The notes: a model not told the origin generated them from the sequence alone. 38,464 nucleotides of DNA from Frankiales bacterium (GCA_025464915.1 JAODNF010000311.1:1-38464); one strand, 5' to 3'. Shown: positions 1-11,305, numbered from the stretch's first letter. Program-made: numbers and translations.

Positions 1-151
1 CGACCTCGGCGCCCCGGCCGCTCGCCTCGCCGGCGAACCACTCCTTCAGCTCCCGGTCCTGCGGGGTCCAGGCAAACCGCCGGTACCCGCCCGAACCGGT
101 GCGGCCGATGTCCGCGATCGAGCTCCAGAGCGCGGAGAATTGTTCGGCCAT
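1..151 (-). CDS. M20-family Zn hydrolase (allantoate amidohydrolase-like, hut-associated); only the 5' part is in the window
   Basis: Not in the ORF track. Manual minus-strand translation from ATG 151 (in-frame alternative ATG 160): MAEQFSALWSSIADIGRTGSGGYRRFAWTPQDRELKEWFAGEASGRGAEV. The IGR..SGGYRRFAWT..D.....WF N-terminus is typical of the allantoate-amidohydrolase-like gene in actinobacterial hut clusters. Confidence 0.75.
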   Translation of the reverse strand, partial: MAEQFSALWSSIADIGRTGSGGYRRFAWTPQDRELKEWFAGEASGRGAEV

Positions 152-175
152 GCTCTGCATGCTCTAGTAGGCGAC

Positions 176-1708
176 GTGCCTGACCAAGCGCTGACCCTCG
201 GCGGGTCGCCGATCACCGAGACCGACCTGGTGGCCGTCGCCCGGCACGGCGCCGCTGTCGCGCTCTCACCGGAGGTCGTGGAGGTGCTGGGCGCGGCCCG
301 GGCGCACGTCGACCAGCTCGCAGCGTCGAGCACCCCGTCGTACGGCATCTCGACCGGGTTCGGCGCGCTCGCCAACCGGCACATCCCGGTCGAGCGTCGG
401 GCGCAGCTGCAGCGGTCGCTCGTCCGCTCGCACGCCGCCTCGAGCGGCACGCCTGTCGAGGACGAGGTCGTGCGCGGCATGGCGCTGCTGCGGCTGCAGA
501 CGATGGCAACGGGACGGACGGGAGTACGTCCGGACACGGCGCTGGCGTACGCCTCGCTGCTGAACGCGGGCATCACCCCCGTCGTCCGCGAGTACGGCTC
601 GCTCGGCTGCTCGGGTGACCTTGCCCCGCTCGCGCATCTCGCCCTCGCGGTGATGGGCGAGGGCACCGTCGTGCTCGACGGCATCGAGATGGAGGCGTGG
701 GAGGCCCTCGCCTCCAAGGGGATCCAACCCCAGCAGCTCGCCGAGAAGGAGGGCCTCGCCCTCATCAACGGCACCGACGGGATGCTTGCCACGCTGATGC
801 TCGCCTGCCACGACCTGCACCAGCTCCTGAAGGTCGCGGACCTCAGTGCCGCGATGTCGCTGGAAGCCCTGCTGGGCACCGCCCGCACCCTCGCCGCGGA
901 TCTGCTGGCTCTCCGGCCGCACCCCGGGCAGCAGGTCGCGGCGTCCAACATGCGTCGCATCCTCGACGGATCGCCGATCGTCGCCTCGCACGCCGGACCC
1001 GAGGACACCCGCGTGCAGGACGCCTACTCACTGCGGTGCGCGCCCCAGGTCGCCGGCGCCGCGCGCGACACCCTCGCGCACGCCCGGACCGTGGCAGCGC
1101 ACGAGGCCGCCTCCGCCATCGACAACCCCGTGCTGCTCCCGGACGGGCGGATCGAGAGCAACGGCAACTTCCACGGTGCCCCGGTCGGCTACGTCCTGGA
1201 CTTCCTCGCCATCGCCGTCGCCGACGTCGCCTCCATCAGTGAGCGGCGCACAGATCGGATGCTCGACAAGAACCGGTCCTTCGGGCTGTCGCCGTTCCTC
1301 GCCGACGACCCCGGCGTCGACAGCGGGCTGATGATCGCGCAGTACACCCAGGCAGGCATCGTCTCGGAGCTCAAGCGGCTCGCGGCGCCGGCCTCGGTCG
1401 ACTCGATCCCGTCGAGCGCGATGCAGGAGGACCACGTCTCGATGGGCTGGTCGGCAGGACGCAAGCTGCGCCGTGCGATCGACGGCCTGTCTCGGGTGCT
1501 GGCCATCGAGGCGCTCACGGCGGCCCGGGCGCTGCAGCTGCGCGCGCCGCTGCGTCCGGCCGTCGCGACGCAGGCTGCCGTCGACGCCATCGGGCACCTG
1601 CCGGGGACGGACCGCTTCCTGTCCCCCGACATCGAGAGCGCCGTGGCGCTCGTCCAGAGCGGCGCGCTGCTCGCCGCCGTCGAGGCCGTCACAGGAGGGC
1701 TGGACTGA
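176..1708 (+). CDS. hutH: Histidine ammonia-lyase (histidase)
   Basis: [20 protein letters not shown] (MIO-forming CSG), [31 protein letters not shown] motifs. Start moved from TTG 140 to in-frame GTG 176 so it does not overlap the divergent gene. Confidence 0.96.
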   Translation: MPDQALTLGGSPITETDLVAVARHGAAVALSPEVVEVLGAARAHVDQLAASSTPSYGISTGFGALANRHIPVERRAQLQRSLVRSHAASSGTPVEDEVVRGMALLRLQTMATGRTGVRPDTALAYASLLNAGITPVVREYGSLGCSGDLAPLAHLALAVMGEGTVVLDGIEMEAWEALASKGIQPQQLAEKEGLALINGTDGMLATLMLACHDLHQLLKVADLSAAMSLEALLGTARTLAADLLALRPHPGQQVAASNMRRILDGSPIVASHAGPEDTRVQDAYSLRCAPQVAGAARDTLAHARTVAAHEAASAIDNPVLLPDGRIESNGNFHGAPVGYVLDFLAIAVADVASISERRTDRMLDKNRSFGLSPFLADDPGVDSGLMIAQYTQAGIVSELKRLAAPASVDSIPSSAMQEDHVSMGWSAGRKLRRAIDGLSRVLAIEALTAARALQLRAPLRPAVATQAAVDAIGHLPGTDRFLSPDIESAVALVQSGALLAAVEAVTGGLD

Positions 1709-1709
1709 C

Positions 1710-3328
<1,619 letters not shown>

Positions 3329-3332
<4 letters not shown>

Positions 3333-4462
3333 CCTCGACCCTCTTCCGAGGCGGCTCGATCACGACCTGGGCCGACGAGCCTGCGACCGCCCTGGTCCTC
3401 GAGGACGGCTTGGTCGTCAGCCATGACGAGCAGCCGTGCGACGAGGTCGTCGAGCTCGACGGCCGGTGCGTGGTCCCGGGGTTCGTGGACAGCCACACGC
3501 ACCTGGTCTTCGGCGGCGACCGGACAGCCGAGTTCGAGTCGCGGATGGCCGGGATCCCCTACGCCGCAGGAGGGATCAGGACGACCGTCGCCGCGACGAG
3601 GGCCGCCTCGACGGAGGAGCTGGCGTCCCGGGCCAGGAGGCTGGCGGACGAGTGCCTGCGGTCCGGCACGACGACGATCGAGGTGAAGTCCGGCTACGGC
3701 CTGACGGTCGAGGACGAGCGGCGGCTGCTCGAGGTGGCGCGTGGCATCACGTCGCACACCACCTTCCTCGGTGCGCACGTCCCTGACGGGGACGGGTACG
3801 TCGACCTGGTCACCGGTCCGATGCTCGACGCCTGCGCTCCGCTCGCGACGGCCGTCGACGCGTTCTGCGAGGAGGGAGCGTTCGACGTCGACCAGTGCCG
3901 TGAGGTGCTGAGCGCCGGCAGGGCGCGCGGTCTCGCCGTGCACCTGCACGCCAACCAGCTGCGGCCCGGCGGCGGTGTGCGGCTCGCCGCCGAGCTCGGC
4001 GCCCTCTCTGCCGACCACTGCACGCACGTCTCCGACGAGGACATCACGGCGATGAGGGACGCACGGGTCGCTGCCGTGCTCGTCCCCGCCGCCGAGTTCA
4101 GCACCCGGTCGCCGTACGCCCCCGCCCGTCGCCTGCTCGACGCGGCCGTCACCGTCGCCCTGGCCACGGACTGCAACCCGGGCACCAGCTTCACGACGTC
4201 GATGCCGTTCGTGATCGCGCTGGCCGTGCGAGAGCTCCGCCTGACACCGCTCGAGGCGCTGCGCGCCGCCACCCTCGGAGGGGCGACGGCGCTGGCGGTC
4301 GATGCCGGTCACCTTCGGGTCGGCGCGCACGCGGACCTCGTGGTGCTGGACGCGCCCTCGCCGGCGCACCTGGCCTACCGGCCGGGCGTGGACCTCGTCG
4401 CGCAGGTCTGGCGCGGCGGGACGCTCGTCAGCGGCCCTGCCGCGCGCAGTCGATGCAGGTGA
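3329..4462 (+). CDS. hutI: Imidazolonepropionase
   Basis: [55 protein letters not shown] motifs. GTG 3329 overlaps the hutU stop (GTGA). Confidence 0.93.
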
Positions 4463-4760
4463 GGGCGCTCGGACGCGCCTCGAGCCGCTCGGCGCCGATC
4501 TGCCTGCCGCACGCCCGGCAGATCCCGTAGGTCCCGTCCGCGCGGGCGGCGATGGCGGCTTCGGCCGCCGCCACGGACTCGGCCGCCTGGGCGATCAGGG
4601 CCGCGAGCTGCTCGCGCTCGTAGGCGATCGTGGCCCCCTCCGGGTCGTGCTCGTCGTCGGAGTTCGCCCCTTCGGCCGCGGCGACCACCTCGGCTCGGGC
4701 AGCCTGGAGGTCGACGACCCGTCGTCGGGCGTCGTCCAGGGCTTCGGAGAGCGCATCCAT
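4428..4760 (-). CDS. TraR/DksA-family C4 zinc-finger protein
   Basis: Coiled-coil with DDEHDPEG acidic tip, then YGICRACG...[15 protein letters not shown]. Confidence 0.9.
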   Translation of the reverse strand: MDALSEALDDARRRVVDLQAARAEVVAAAEGANSDDEHDPEGATIAYEREQLAALIAQAAESVAAAEAAIAARADGTYGICRACGRQIGAERLEARPSALTCIDCARQGR

Positions 4761-4799
4761 GTGACGTCTCCCACCTCCCCCTCCGTCGCCGGCTCAGCC

Positions 4800-4819
4800 A
4801 TGTCATCATATGATGACAT
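4800..4819. promoter_or_regulatory. Perfect 20-bp palindrome, probable TetR operator
   Basis: ATGTCATCATATGATGACAT is its own reverse complement. It is an AT-rich island directly upstream of the MFS-TetR pair. Confidence 0.75.
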
Positions 4820-4842
4820 CACGCGCTGACATCGAGGTCCCC

Positions 4843-6270
4843 ATGCGCCACCGGCCCGGCACCCCCCTCGTCCCCGTCCTGGTCTACCTCGCGATGGTCA
4901 CGTCCGTCGTGAGCAGCCTCGGCGCCCCGCTGGTGCCGACGATCGCCCACGACACGCACGTGTCCCTCTCGACGGCGCAGTGGTCGCTGACCATCTCGCT
5001 GCTCATGGGGGCGGTCGCGACCCCCACCCTCGGGCGCCTCGGTGACGGCACCCGGCGCCGGCCCGCCGTCCTGGGTGCGCTGTCCGCCGTGCTGCTCGGC
5101 TGCATCCTCGCGGCGATCCCCGGCCCGTTCTGGCTGCTGCTCCTCGGCCGCGGCCTGATGGGGGTCGGCCTCGGGCTCATCCCGCTGACGATGGCGATCG
5201 CCCGCGACCACCTCGAGGGCGAGCACCGCACCCGCATCGTCGGGCTGCTCTCGATCGCGGCCGTCGCCGGCATCGGGCTCGGGTACCCCCTGACCGGCAT
5301 CATCGCCGAGCAGTGGACCTTCCGCGCCGGCTTCTGGTTCGGTGCGGGCGTCGTCGCCGTCGCCCTCGTGCTTGCCGTGGTCGCCGTGCCCGGCGTCACG
5401 GACCGGCCGGCAGCTCCCCTCGACGCCGTCGGAGCCGTTCTGCTCGCGGCCGGCGTTGCCGGCGTCCTGCTGGCCATCGGGGAGGCAGAGGTCTGGTCCT
5501 CCGCGCTGGTCCTGGCCCTCATCGCCGCCAGTGCCCTGGTGCTCGCCGGCTGGTTCTGGCACGAGCTGCGCACCCCGCACCCGCTGGTGGACCTGCGGTT
5601 GGTGAAGGACCGCACGGTGCTCACCGCTGACCTCACCGGCATCCTTGCCGGCGTCGGGATGTACGCCCTGATGTCGATGATCATCCGCTTCGCGCAGACG
5701 CCGTCGTCCGCGGGCTACGGCTTCGGCTCGAGCATCGTGGTCAGCGGCCTGCTGCTCCTCCCGCTGTCGGTCATGTCGACCGCGTCCAGCCGCATCGCAC
5801 CGCTGCTCGCGCGCCGCTTCGGGCAGCGCGCCGTCCTGCCCATCGGCTGCGGCATCTTCGTGCTGGCCAACCTGCTGTTCGCCCTCGAGCGCGGCAGCTA
5901 CCTGTCCGTCGTCGTCGTGATGGCCCTCGCCGGCCTCGGCGTCGGCTGCACGTTCGCCGCCCTGCCCGGCCTCATCGTCGCGAGCGTCCCGGCTCACGAG
6001 ACGGGCAGTGCGATGAGCTTCAACCAGGTCCTCCGCTACGTCGGCTACTCCACCGGGTCGGCACTGTCCGCGACGGTCCTCGAGGCCCACACCCCCTCGG
6101 GCGAGCTGCTGCCGACCGCGTCCGGCTACACCACCGTGGCCCTGCTCGGCGTCGCGATCCTCGTCGTCACGGGCATCGTGAGCGCGATCGTCCCAGGACG
6201 CGAGTCGGCACCCGGCCTCGAGCTCGCCGAGGAGAGCGTCGTCGACGGCATCCCTGTGTCGGTCGACTGA
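4843..6270 (+). CDS. MFS transporter (DHA2-like drug/metabolite efflux)
   Basis: About 14 hydrophobic segments; GRLGDGTRRR motif A; PLVDLRL motif. ATG 4843 follows GAGG (ORF track start is 4810). Confidence 0.88.
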   Translation: MRHRPGTPLVPVLVYLAMVTSVVSSLGAPLVPTIAHDTHVSLSTAQWSLTISLLMGAVATPTLGRLGDGTRRRPAVLGALSAVLLGCILAAIPGPFWLLLLGRGLMGVGLGLIPLTMAIARDHLEGEHRTRIVGLLSIAAVAGIGLGYPLTGIIAEQWTFRAGFWFGAGVVAVALVLAVVAVPGVTDRPAAPLDAVGAVLLAAGVAGVLLAIGEAEVWSSALVLALIAASALVLAGWFWHELRTPHPLVDLRLVKDRTVLTADLTGILAGVGMYALMSMIIRFAQTPSSAGYGFGSSIVVSGLLLLPLSVMSTASSRIAPLLARRFGQRAVLPIGCGIFVLANLLFALERGSYLSVVVVMALAGLGVGCTFAALPGLIVASVPAHETGSAMSFNQVLRYVGYSTGSALSATVLEAHTPSGELLPTASGYTTVALLGVAILVVTGIVSAIVPGRESAPGLELAEESVVDGIPVSVD

Positions 6271-6791
6271 TGGCCCGCGGGCAGGAGCTGCTCCTGACGG
6301 CGGCCCAGGAGCTGTTCGCCGAGCGCGGTTACGAGCGCGTCACCACCCGCGAGATCGCCGAGCGAGCCGGGGTCGACGCGACCCTCATCGCCCGCTACTT
6401 CGGGAGCAAGGCCGGCCTCTACCTCGCCTCGCTGCGCGCCGAGCTCGGCGACGGGCCGCCCCCGGACCTGCTGCAGCCGAACCGGATGGCGGCGCTGCTC
6501 GGGCGCGTCGACCATCGCGGACCCGGCCCCGTGTTCCAGTCCGCCGTGCACCCTCACGAGGACGAGGACGTGCAGGCGCAGGCCCGCGAGGCCCTGCACG
6601 CGCGACTGGTCACACCGCTGGCCGAGCGCTTCTGGGCCGCAGGTGTCCCCGACGCGCAGACCCGGGCGGAGGTCGTCGCCGCGGCCTTCGCGGGCATCGC
6701 GCTCGGCCGCGCCAGCGGCGCCTTCCCCGCCCTCGAAAAGCTGCCTGCCGACGAGCTGGTCGCGATGGTCCAGGAGCTGCTCACCCCGTGA
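6270..6791 (+). CDS. TetR-family transcriptional regulator
   Basis: AAQELFAERGYERVTTREIAERAGVDATLIARYFGSKAGL helix-turn-helix; coupled to the MFS stop (TGATG). Confidence 0.92.
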   Translation: MARGQELLLTAAQELFAERGYERVTTREIAERAGVDATLIARYFGSKAGLYLASLRAELGDGPPPDLLQPNRMAALLGRVDHRGPGPVFQSAVHPHEDEDVQAQAREALHARLVTPLAERFWAAGVPDAQTRAEVVAAAFAGIALGRASGAFPALEKLPADELVAMVQELLTP

Positions 6792-7036
6792 GGTGGTTTC
6801 TCACGGACCGGACGACGGGCCGGTACGTCGTCGCGCAGTGGCCCAACCCGCCGCTCTGGCTGTGGATCGTGCCGACCCTCGCGCACCGCGTGACCGGAGC
6901 TGCCTGGCTCAGCTGGGTCGCCACCGCCGCGCTGGGAGCGTGGGCGCTGCTCGAGCTGGTGCGCGGCCAGAGCCCCTTTCGCCGCCTCCTCGGCGCCGCC
7001 GTCCTGGCGGCGACGGTCCTCGGGCTGCTGGGCTAG
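6788..7036 (+). CDS. Small hypothetical membrane protein
   Basis: 82 aa, about 3 hydrophobic segments, VVAQWPNPPL and ELVRGQSPFRRLLG segments; GTGA overlap with TetR. Confidence 0.7.
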   Translation: MRWFLTDRTTGRYVVAQWPNPPLWLWIVPTLAHRVTGAAWLSWVATAALGAWALLELVRGQSPFRRLLGAAVLAATVLGLLG

Positions 7037-7065
7037 CAGCTAGCGCCGGGTCCCACGACGGCGGG

Positions 7066-7752
7066 TCAGAGCGGGAGCGCCTGTTCGAAGGTGGCCTGCA
7101 TCCTCTCGGTCCAGGTCGTGATGACGACCGGGGCGTCCGGCAGGCCGAGGGACTGGAGCTCCTTGGCGATCGGGTGGGTGCCGAGGGTGAGCGTCACGCC
7201 GTCCCCGAACCCCATCGAGGAGCCGGACCCGCCCTGCGTGAACCTGGTGGCGTGCGGCTTGCCGGCGATGAGGGTGTACGACGTCATGGGCAGCGGCGGC
7301 ATCTCGTCGGTGCCACCGCGCGGGACCGTGATGTCGAGGACGAGCTCGCCGCCCATGGTCAGGACCCAGCGCGAGGTCGTGTCGGTCTGGGTCACGTCGA
7401 TCTGCTCGACGGACTTCGGGAACCCCCAGATCCGGTTGCCGGCCACGTTGGTGAACTCCTGGTCGACGGGCAGGTGGGTGATGAAGTTGCCCTCCTCGCC
7501 GCCGCCGGTGGGGCGGACGAACAGGATCGTGCCGACCTCGTGGTAGGCCCCGAGGTCGTTGACCCGGTAGTCCACCAGCGCCAGCGCGAACTGGGCGCGG
7601 CCGGGTGCGGCCTCGATGACGTCGAAGCCCTCCGGGGCCAGCGCCTGCGCGGCGGCCAGGTCGACGTCGAAGATGACCGTGCCCGCGGAGGCGTCCGCCA
7701 CCTCGACGGGGAGCGTGACGGTCTGGCCCAGGATCTCGAAGGAGGTCGTCAT
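7066..7752 (-). CDS. Acetoacetate-decarboxylase-family protein (Rv3519-like)
   Basis: DLGAYHEVG, FITHLPVDQEFT..AG..IWGFPK with the Schiff-base-type Lys. Recalled resemblance to M. tuberculosis Rv3519 of the cholesterol cluster. Start 7752 preferred (alternative 7761). Confidence 0.82.
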   Translation of the reverse strand: MTTSFEILGQTVTLPVEVADASAGTVIFDVDLAAAQALAPEGFDVIEAAPGRAQFALALVDYRVNDLGAYHEVGTILFVRPTGGGEEGNFITHLPVDQEFTNVAGNRIWGFPKSVEQIDVTQTDTTSRWVLTMGGELVLDITVPRGGTDEMPPLPMTSYTLIAGKPHATRFTQGGSGSSMGFGDGVTLTLGTHPIAKELQSLGLPDAPVVITTWTERMQATFEQALPL

Positions 7753-7760
7753 GGCTGACA

Positions 7761-7774
7761 TGGAACACGTTTCA
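7761..7774. promoter_or_regulatory. KstR-type operator (TnnAACnnGTTnnA)
   Basis: TGGAACACGTTTCA matches the KstR consensus exactly and lies immediately upstream of the Rv3519-like gene. Confidence 0.72.
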
Positions 7775-7813
7775 CCTCAGAAGGGGAAGCGTGCGCTCCG
7801 AGGTCGCGTGGGT

Positions 7814-9238
7814 TCAGCGCGTGGAGACGGTGAGGGTCGCCGGTCCGTTCGCCTTGACCAGCAGCACCTGGGCGTTCGGCTTCGAGACGACCGTGCCACC
7901 CGTGAGCCGCACGCCGTAGCCCCGGGACGCCCAGCTCCTCGGCACCCACACCTCGGTGAGGCCCCTGCGGGCGCTGCCGGTCCAGGTCGCGACCAGCGCC
8001 GCGGCAGTGAGGTGGGTCGAGCCGGGTGTGCCGGCCCAGGCGCGGACGTACGGCTGCTCCAACAGGGCCAGCTTCGCCTTCTTCGCCGTCCGCAGGTCGG
8101 TGTCGTCGGCGAACAGGCCCTGGCCGCCGGAGTCCTGCGACTCGGTGGTCGGGTCGGCCCACTCCTTGTAGTGCCAGTAGACCCAGCCAGTCAGCGCCTT
8201 GTCCGCGGAGGTCGTGACCCGGCTGATGTCGCCGAGGTCGTCCGAGGCGCCGAACTCGGTCATCAGCGTCGCCCAGCCGTTGGCCTGCGCCGCGCTGCTC
8301 GCGTTGCCGAACACCAGGGCTCCCTGCGGACCGCACTCGGGCGTCGCCTTGCCGCCCGAGGAGTGCGTCAGGCCCGCGGAGGTGCAGTACTGGTGGAAGG
8401 ACAGCCCGATGTTGCTGCCCCTGAGGTCCAGGCCGGTCTGCGACCCGTCGTTGAACAGCACCTGCGGCTCGATCCAGACCAGGTGGACCGCGTCGACCCT
8501 GCGGATCGCCGAGAGCGCCTTCGCGTAGACGGGCTGCAGGTCCAGCCGGTCGAAGGCGGGGCACCCGGCCGGCTGGGCGCAGGTAGCTGTCTGGGTGCCC
8601 GGCCACGGCTCGTTCATGAGGTCGTAGCCGAGAACGTACGACGTCGTCGCGAAACGCTTCGCGACGGCGGCCCAGGCCTGGGCGTAGAGGTCCGCGAGGC
8701 CATCGTTGTTCGCGTAGAAGTTGTCGAAGGCGCGGCTCGTCGAGGGCTGGAAGTAGTTCCCCGGGAAGCCCGCGTCCACCGGGGTCGGCAGGCCGTCGTC
8801 GTCGACCGCCCACGCCGGGAAGCCCTCGCCGGAGAACTGCTCGCTGTAGAGGTCCTGGTGGAAGTCCAGCAGCACCCAGATCCTGCGGTCGGTCAGCAGC
8901 TTGGCCTCGGCGTAGACCCTGTCGAGGTAGGCGTGGTCGATCACCCCGCGCCTCGGCATGACGCCGGCGAAGATCACGCCCATCCGCACGACGTTGAAGC
9001 CGCGGGCAGCGATCCAGTCGGCGTCCTTCGCCGTGAAGCCCGACGGCGTTGCCGGTGGCACGTAGGGCGCGCGCTTCCACACGGCGTTGACGCCGTGCAG
9101 CGTGACCACGCGGCCCTGCGCGTCGGCGAGGAACCTGCCCTCGCGGTGCAGCACGACCGGACCCGAGGACGAACCCGAAGCGGGGACCGCGGTCAGAGCG
9201 GTGAGGGCCAGCAGCAACGGCAGCAGGAAGCGACGCAC
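7814..9238 (-). CDS. Secreted GH5 glycoside hydrolase, endoglycoceramidase-like
   Basis: Signal peptide MRRFLLPLLLALTALTAVPA; DAQGRVVTLHGVN, GFNVVRMG, LDFHQD, acid/base YDLMNEP, nucleophile MTEFG, C-terminal beta-rich domain. Confidence 0.85.
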   Translation of the reverse strand: MRRFLLPLLLALTALTAVPASGSSSGPVVLHREGRFLADAQGRVVTLHGVNAVWKRAPYVPPATPSGFTAKDADWIAARGFNVVRMGVIFAGVMPRRGVIDHAYLDRVYAEAKLLTDRRIWVLLDFHQDLYSEQFSGEGFPAWAVDDDGLPTPVDAGFPGNYFQPSTSRAFDNFYANNDGLADLYAQAWAAVAKRFATTSYVLGYDLMNEPWPGTQTATCAQPAGCPAFDRLDLQPVYAKALSAIRRVDAVHLVWIEPQVLFNDGSQTGLDLRGSNIGLSFHQYCTSAGLTHSSGGKATPECGPQGALVFGNASSAAQANGWATLMTEFGASDDLGDISRVTTSADKALTGWVYWHYKEWADPTTESQDSGGQGLFADDTDLRTAKKAKLALLEQPYVRAWAGTPGSTHLTAAALVATWTGSARRGLTEVWVPRSWASRGYGVRLTGGTVVSKPNAQVLLVKANGPATLTVSTR

Positions 9239-9276
9239 ACCAGCAACGTTCGACGGCTCGTCACTCTTGACCTGCT

Positions 9277-9314
9277 GAACTCCACAGGTGTAGAACTCAA
9301 CGCGTGGTGAATTC
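9277..9314. promoter_or_regulatory. Tandem imperfect palindromes, probable operator of the TetR at 10727
   Basis: GAAYTC recurs at 9277, 9293 and 9309 (16-bp period). GAACTCAAC-GCGT-GGTGAATTC is a 7/9 inverted repeat overlapping the ABC start. Confidence 0.55.
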
Positions 9315-10005
9315 AGTGAACGTGGAGGGCCTGACCGTCGTCCGGGGGCGTACCGAGGTGCTGCACGACCTGACGTTCTCCCTGCAGCCGTCGCGCATCA
9401 CCGGCCTGCTCGGCCCCAGCGGCTGCGGCAAGACCACCCTGATGCGCGCGCTCGTCGGCGTGCAGTCCGGCATCACGGGCACCGTCACCGTGCTCGGGCA
9501 GGCGGCGGGCACCAGGGAGCTGCGCAGCAGGGTCGGATACGTCACCCAGGCACCGGCCGTCTACACCGATCTCAGCGTCGGGGAGAACCTCCGCTACTTC
9601 GCCAGCGTCCTCGGCGCCACCGGGGTCGAGCAGGTGCTCGGGCAGGTCGGCCTCGCCGACCGGTCGGACCAGCTGGTCGGCACGCTCTCCGGCGGCCAGC
9701 GCGCTCGCGTCTCGCTCGCCTCCGCTCTCCTCGGCAGTCCTGAGCTGCTCGTCCTCGACGAACCGACGGTCGGGCTCGACCCCGTGCTCCGCCGTGACCT
9801 GTGGGCGCTGTTCCGGTCGCTGGCCGACGACGGCACGACGATCCTGGTCAGCAGCCACGTCATGGACGAGGCCGGCCGCTGCGACCGGCTGCTGCTGATG
9901 CGCGAGGGCCGGCTGGTCGCCGACGACTCCCCCTCGGGGCTGCTGATGGCGACCGGGGCGACAGACGTCGAGGGCGCGTTCCTCTCCCTGGCGCTGGCGT
10001 CGTGA
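9304..10005 (+). CDS. ABC-2 type exporter ATP-binding protein
   Basis: Walker A GPSGCGKT, signature LSGGQ, Walker B LLVLDEPT, H-loop SSH. Confidence 0.93.
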   Translation: MVNSVNVEGLTVVRGRTEVLHDLTFSLQPSRITGLLGPSGCGKTTLMRALVGVQSGITGTVTVLGQAAGTRELRSRVGYVTQAPAVYTDLSVGENLRYFASVLGATGVEQVLGQVGLADRSDQLVGTLSGGQRARVSLASALLGSPELLVLDEPTVGLDPVLRRDLWALFRSLADDGTTILVSSHVMDEAGRCDRLLLMREGRLVADDSPSGLLMATGATDVEGAFLSLALAS

Positions 10006-10730
10006 GGACCGTCGCCACGGCCCGGCGGGTCCTCAGCCAGCTGCGCCGCGACCGCCGCACGATGGCGTTGCTGCTCGTCGTACCGCTCGTGCTGCTGACC
10101 CTGCTCCGCTACGTGTACGACGACCAGCCGCGGGTCTTCGACCGCGTCGGCGGCCCGTTGCTCGCACTGTTCCCCTTCATCACGATGTTCCTCGTCACCT
10201 CCGTCGCGATGCTGCGCGAGCGCACGACCGGCACGCTCGAGAGGCTGCTCACGACGCCGATGGCCAAGGGCGACCTGCTCGTCGGCTACGCCCTCGCGTT
10301 CGGGCTCGTGGCAGTCGTCCAGACGTCACTCGCCTCCGCGCTGGCCCTGGGCCCGCTGGGTCTGGACCTCACCGCCGGACCGGTCCTCGTGGTGCTGCTC
10401 GCGGTCCTCGACGCCCTGCTGGGCATGGCCCTCGGCCTGTTCCTGTCGGCCTTCGCGCGGTCGGAGTTCCAGGCCGTCCAGTTCCTGCCGGCGGTCGTCC
10501 TGCCGCAGCTGCTGCTCTGCGGCCTGTTCGCCCCGCGGGCGACGATGGCGGCGCCGTTGCGCTGGCTGTCCGACGTGCTCCCCCTGACCTACGCCGTCGA
10601 CGGGATGCAGGAGCTGGCGCGGACGTCGTCGGTGAGCGGCCGCCTCGCACGTGACCTCGGAGTCGTCGCCGGGGCGTCCGTGCTGGCCCTGGCGCTCGGT
10701 GCCGCGACCCTGCAACGGCGCAGCGCGTGA
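10002..10730 (+). CDS. ABC-2 type exporter permease
   Basis: QLRRDRRT, RERTTGTLERLL, SEFQAVQF, LPLTYAVD motifs; about 6 TM segments; GTGA overlap at 10002. Confidence 0.9.
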   Translation: MRTVATARRVLSQLRRDRRTMALLLVVPLVLLTLLRYVYDDQPRVFDRVGGPLLALFPFITMFLVTSVAMLRERTTGTLERLLTTPMAKGDLLVGYALAFGLVAVVQTSLASALALGPLGLDLTAGPVLVVLLAVLDALLGMALGLFLSAFARSEFQAVQFLPAVVLPQLLLCGLFAPRATMAAPLRWLSDVLPLTYAVDGMQELARTSSVSGRLARDLGVVAGASVLALALGAATLQRRSA

Positions 10731-11305
10731 CCGGCCGACGGCCCGGGGACAGCGGCACCCGCGAGGCCATCCTGGCGGCGGCCAAGGAGGGCTTCGGGAC
10801 CCAGGGGTACGCCGCGACGTCACTGCGCTCGGTGGCCCGCGCGGCCGGGGTCGACCCGTCGCTCGTGACGCACTACTTCGGCGGCAAGGACGGGCTGTTC
10901 GAAGCGGCGCTGGAGCTGCCCATGGAGCCGGGTGCGCTCGTGACCGGGCTCCTGCAGGGGGCGGTGGGAACCCTCGGCGAGCGCGTCGTGCGGACCTTCC
11001 TGCTGGTCTGGGACAGCACCCCGGGCCAGGGCCCGATGCTGGCGATGCTGCGCAGCGCGGTGTCCCACGACGACAGCGCCGCGAAGCTGCGCGAGCTGCT
11101 GCTGCGGGTGCTCCTGCGCCCGCTCGCGCTCGGCGCCGGCGGCGACGACCCCGACCGGCGCGCCGCACTGGTGGCCTCGCAGGTGGTCGGCCTCGCCATG
11201 ACCCGGTACGTCCTGAAGCTCGAGCCGATCGCCTCCGCGCACCCCGACCAGCTGGCCCCGGTGATGGGAAAGACGCTCCAGCGCTACCTCACGGGTCCTC
11301 TGTAG
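10727..11305 (+). CDS. TetR-family transcriptional regulator
   Basis: GRRPGDSGTREAILAAA...GYAATSLRSVARAAGVDPSLVTHYFGGKDGLF HTH; SQVVGLAMTRYVL C-terminal domain. Confidence 0.93.
   Translation: MTGRRPGDSGTREAILAAAKEGFGTQGYAATSLRSVARAAGVDPSLVTHYFGGKDGLFEAALELPMEPGALVTGLLQGAVGTLGERVVRTFLLVWDSTPGQGPMLAMLRSAVSHDDSAAKLRELLLRVLLRPLALGAGGDDPDRRAALVASQVVGLAMTRYVLKLEPIASAHPDQLAPVMGKTLQRYLTGPL

Noticed and set aside
590-630. HutH active-site tripeptide is Cys-Ser-Gly rather than Ala-Ser-Gly
   Set aside because: Known variant in actinobacterial histidases; not novel.
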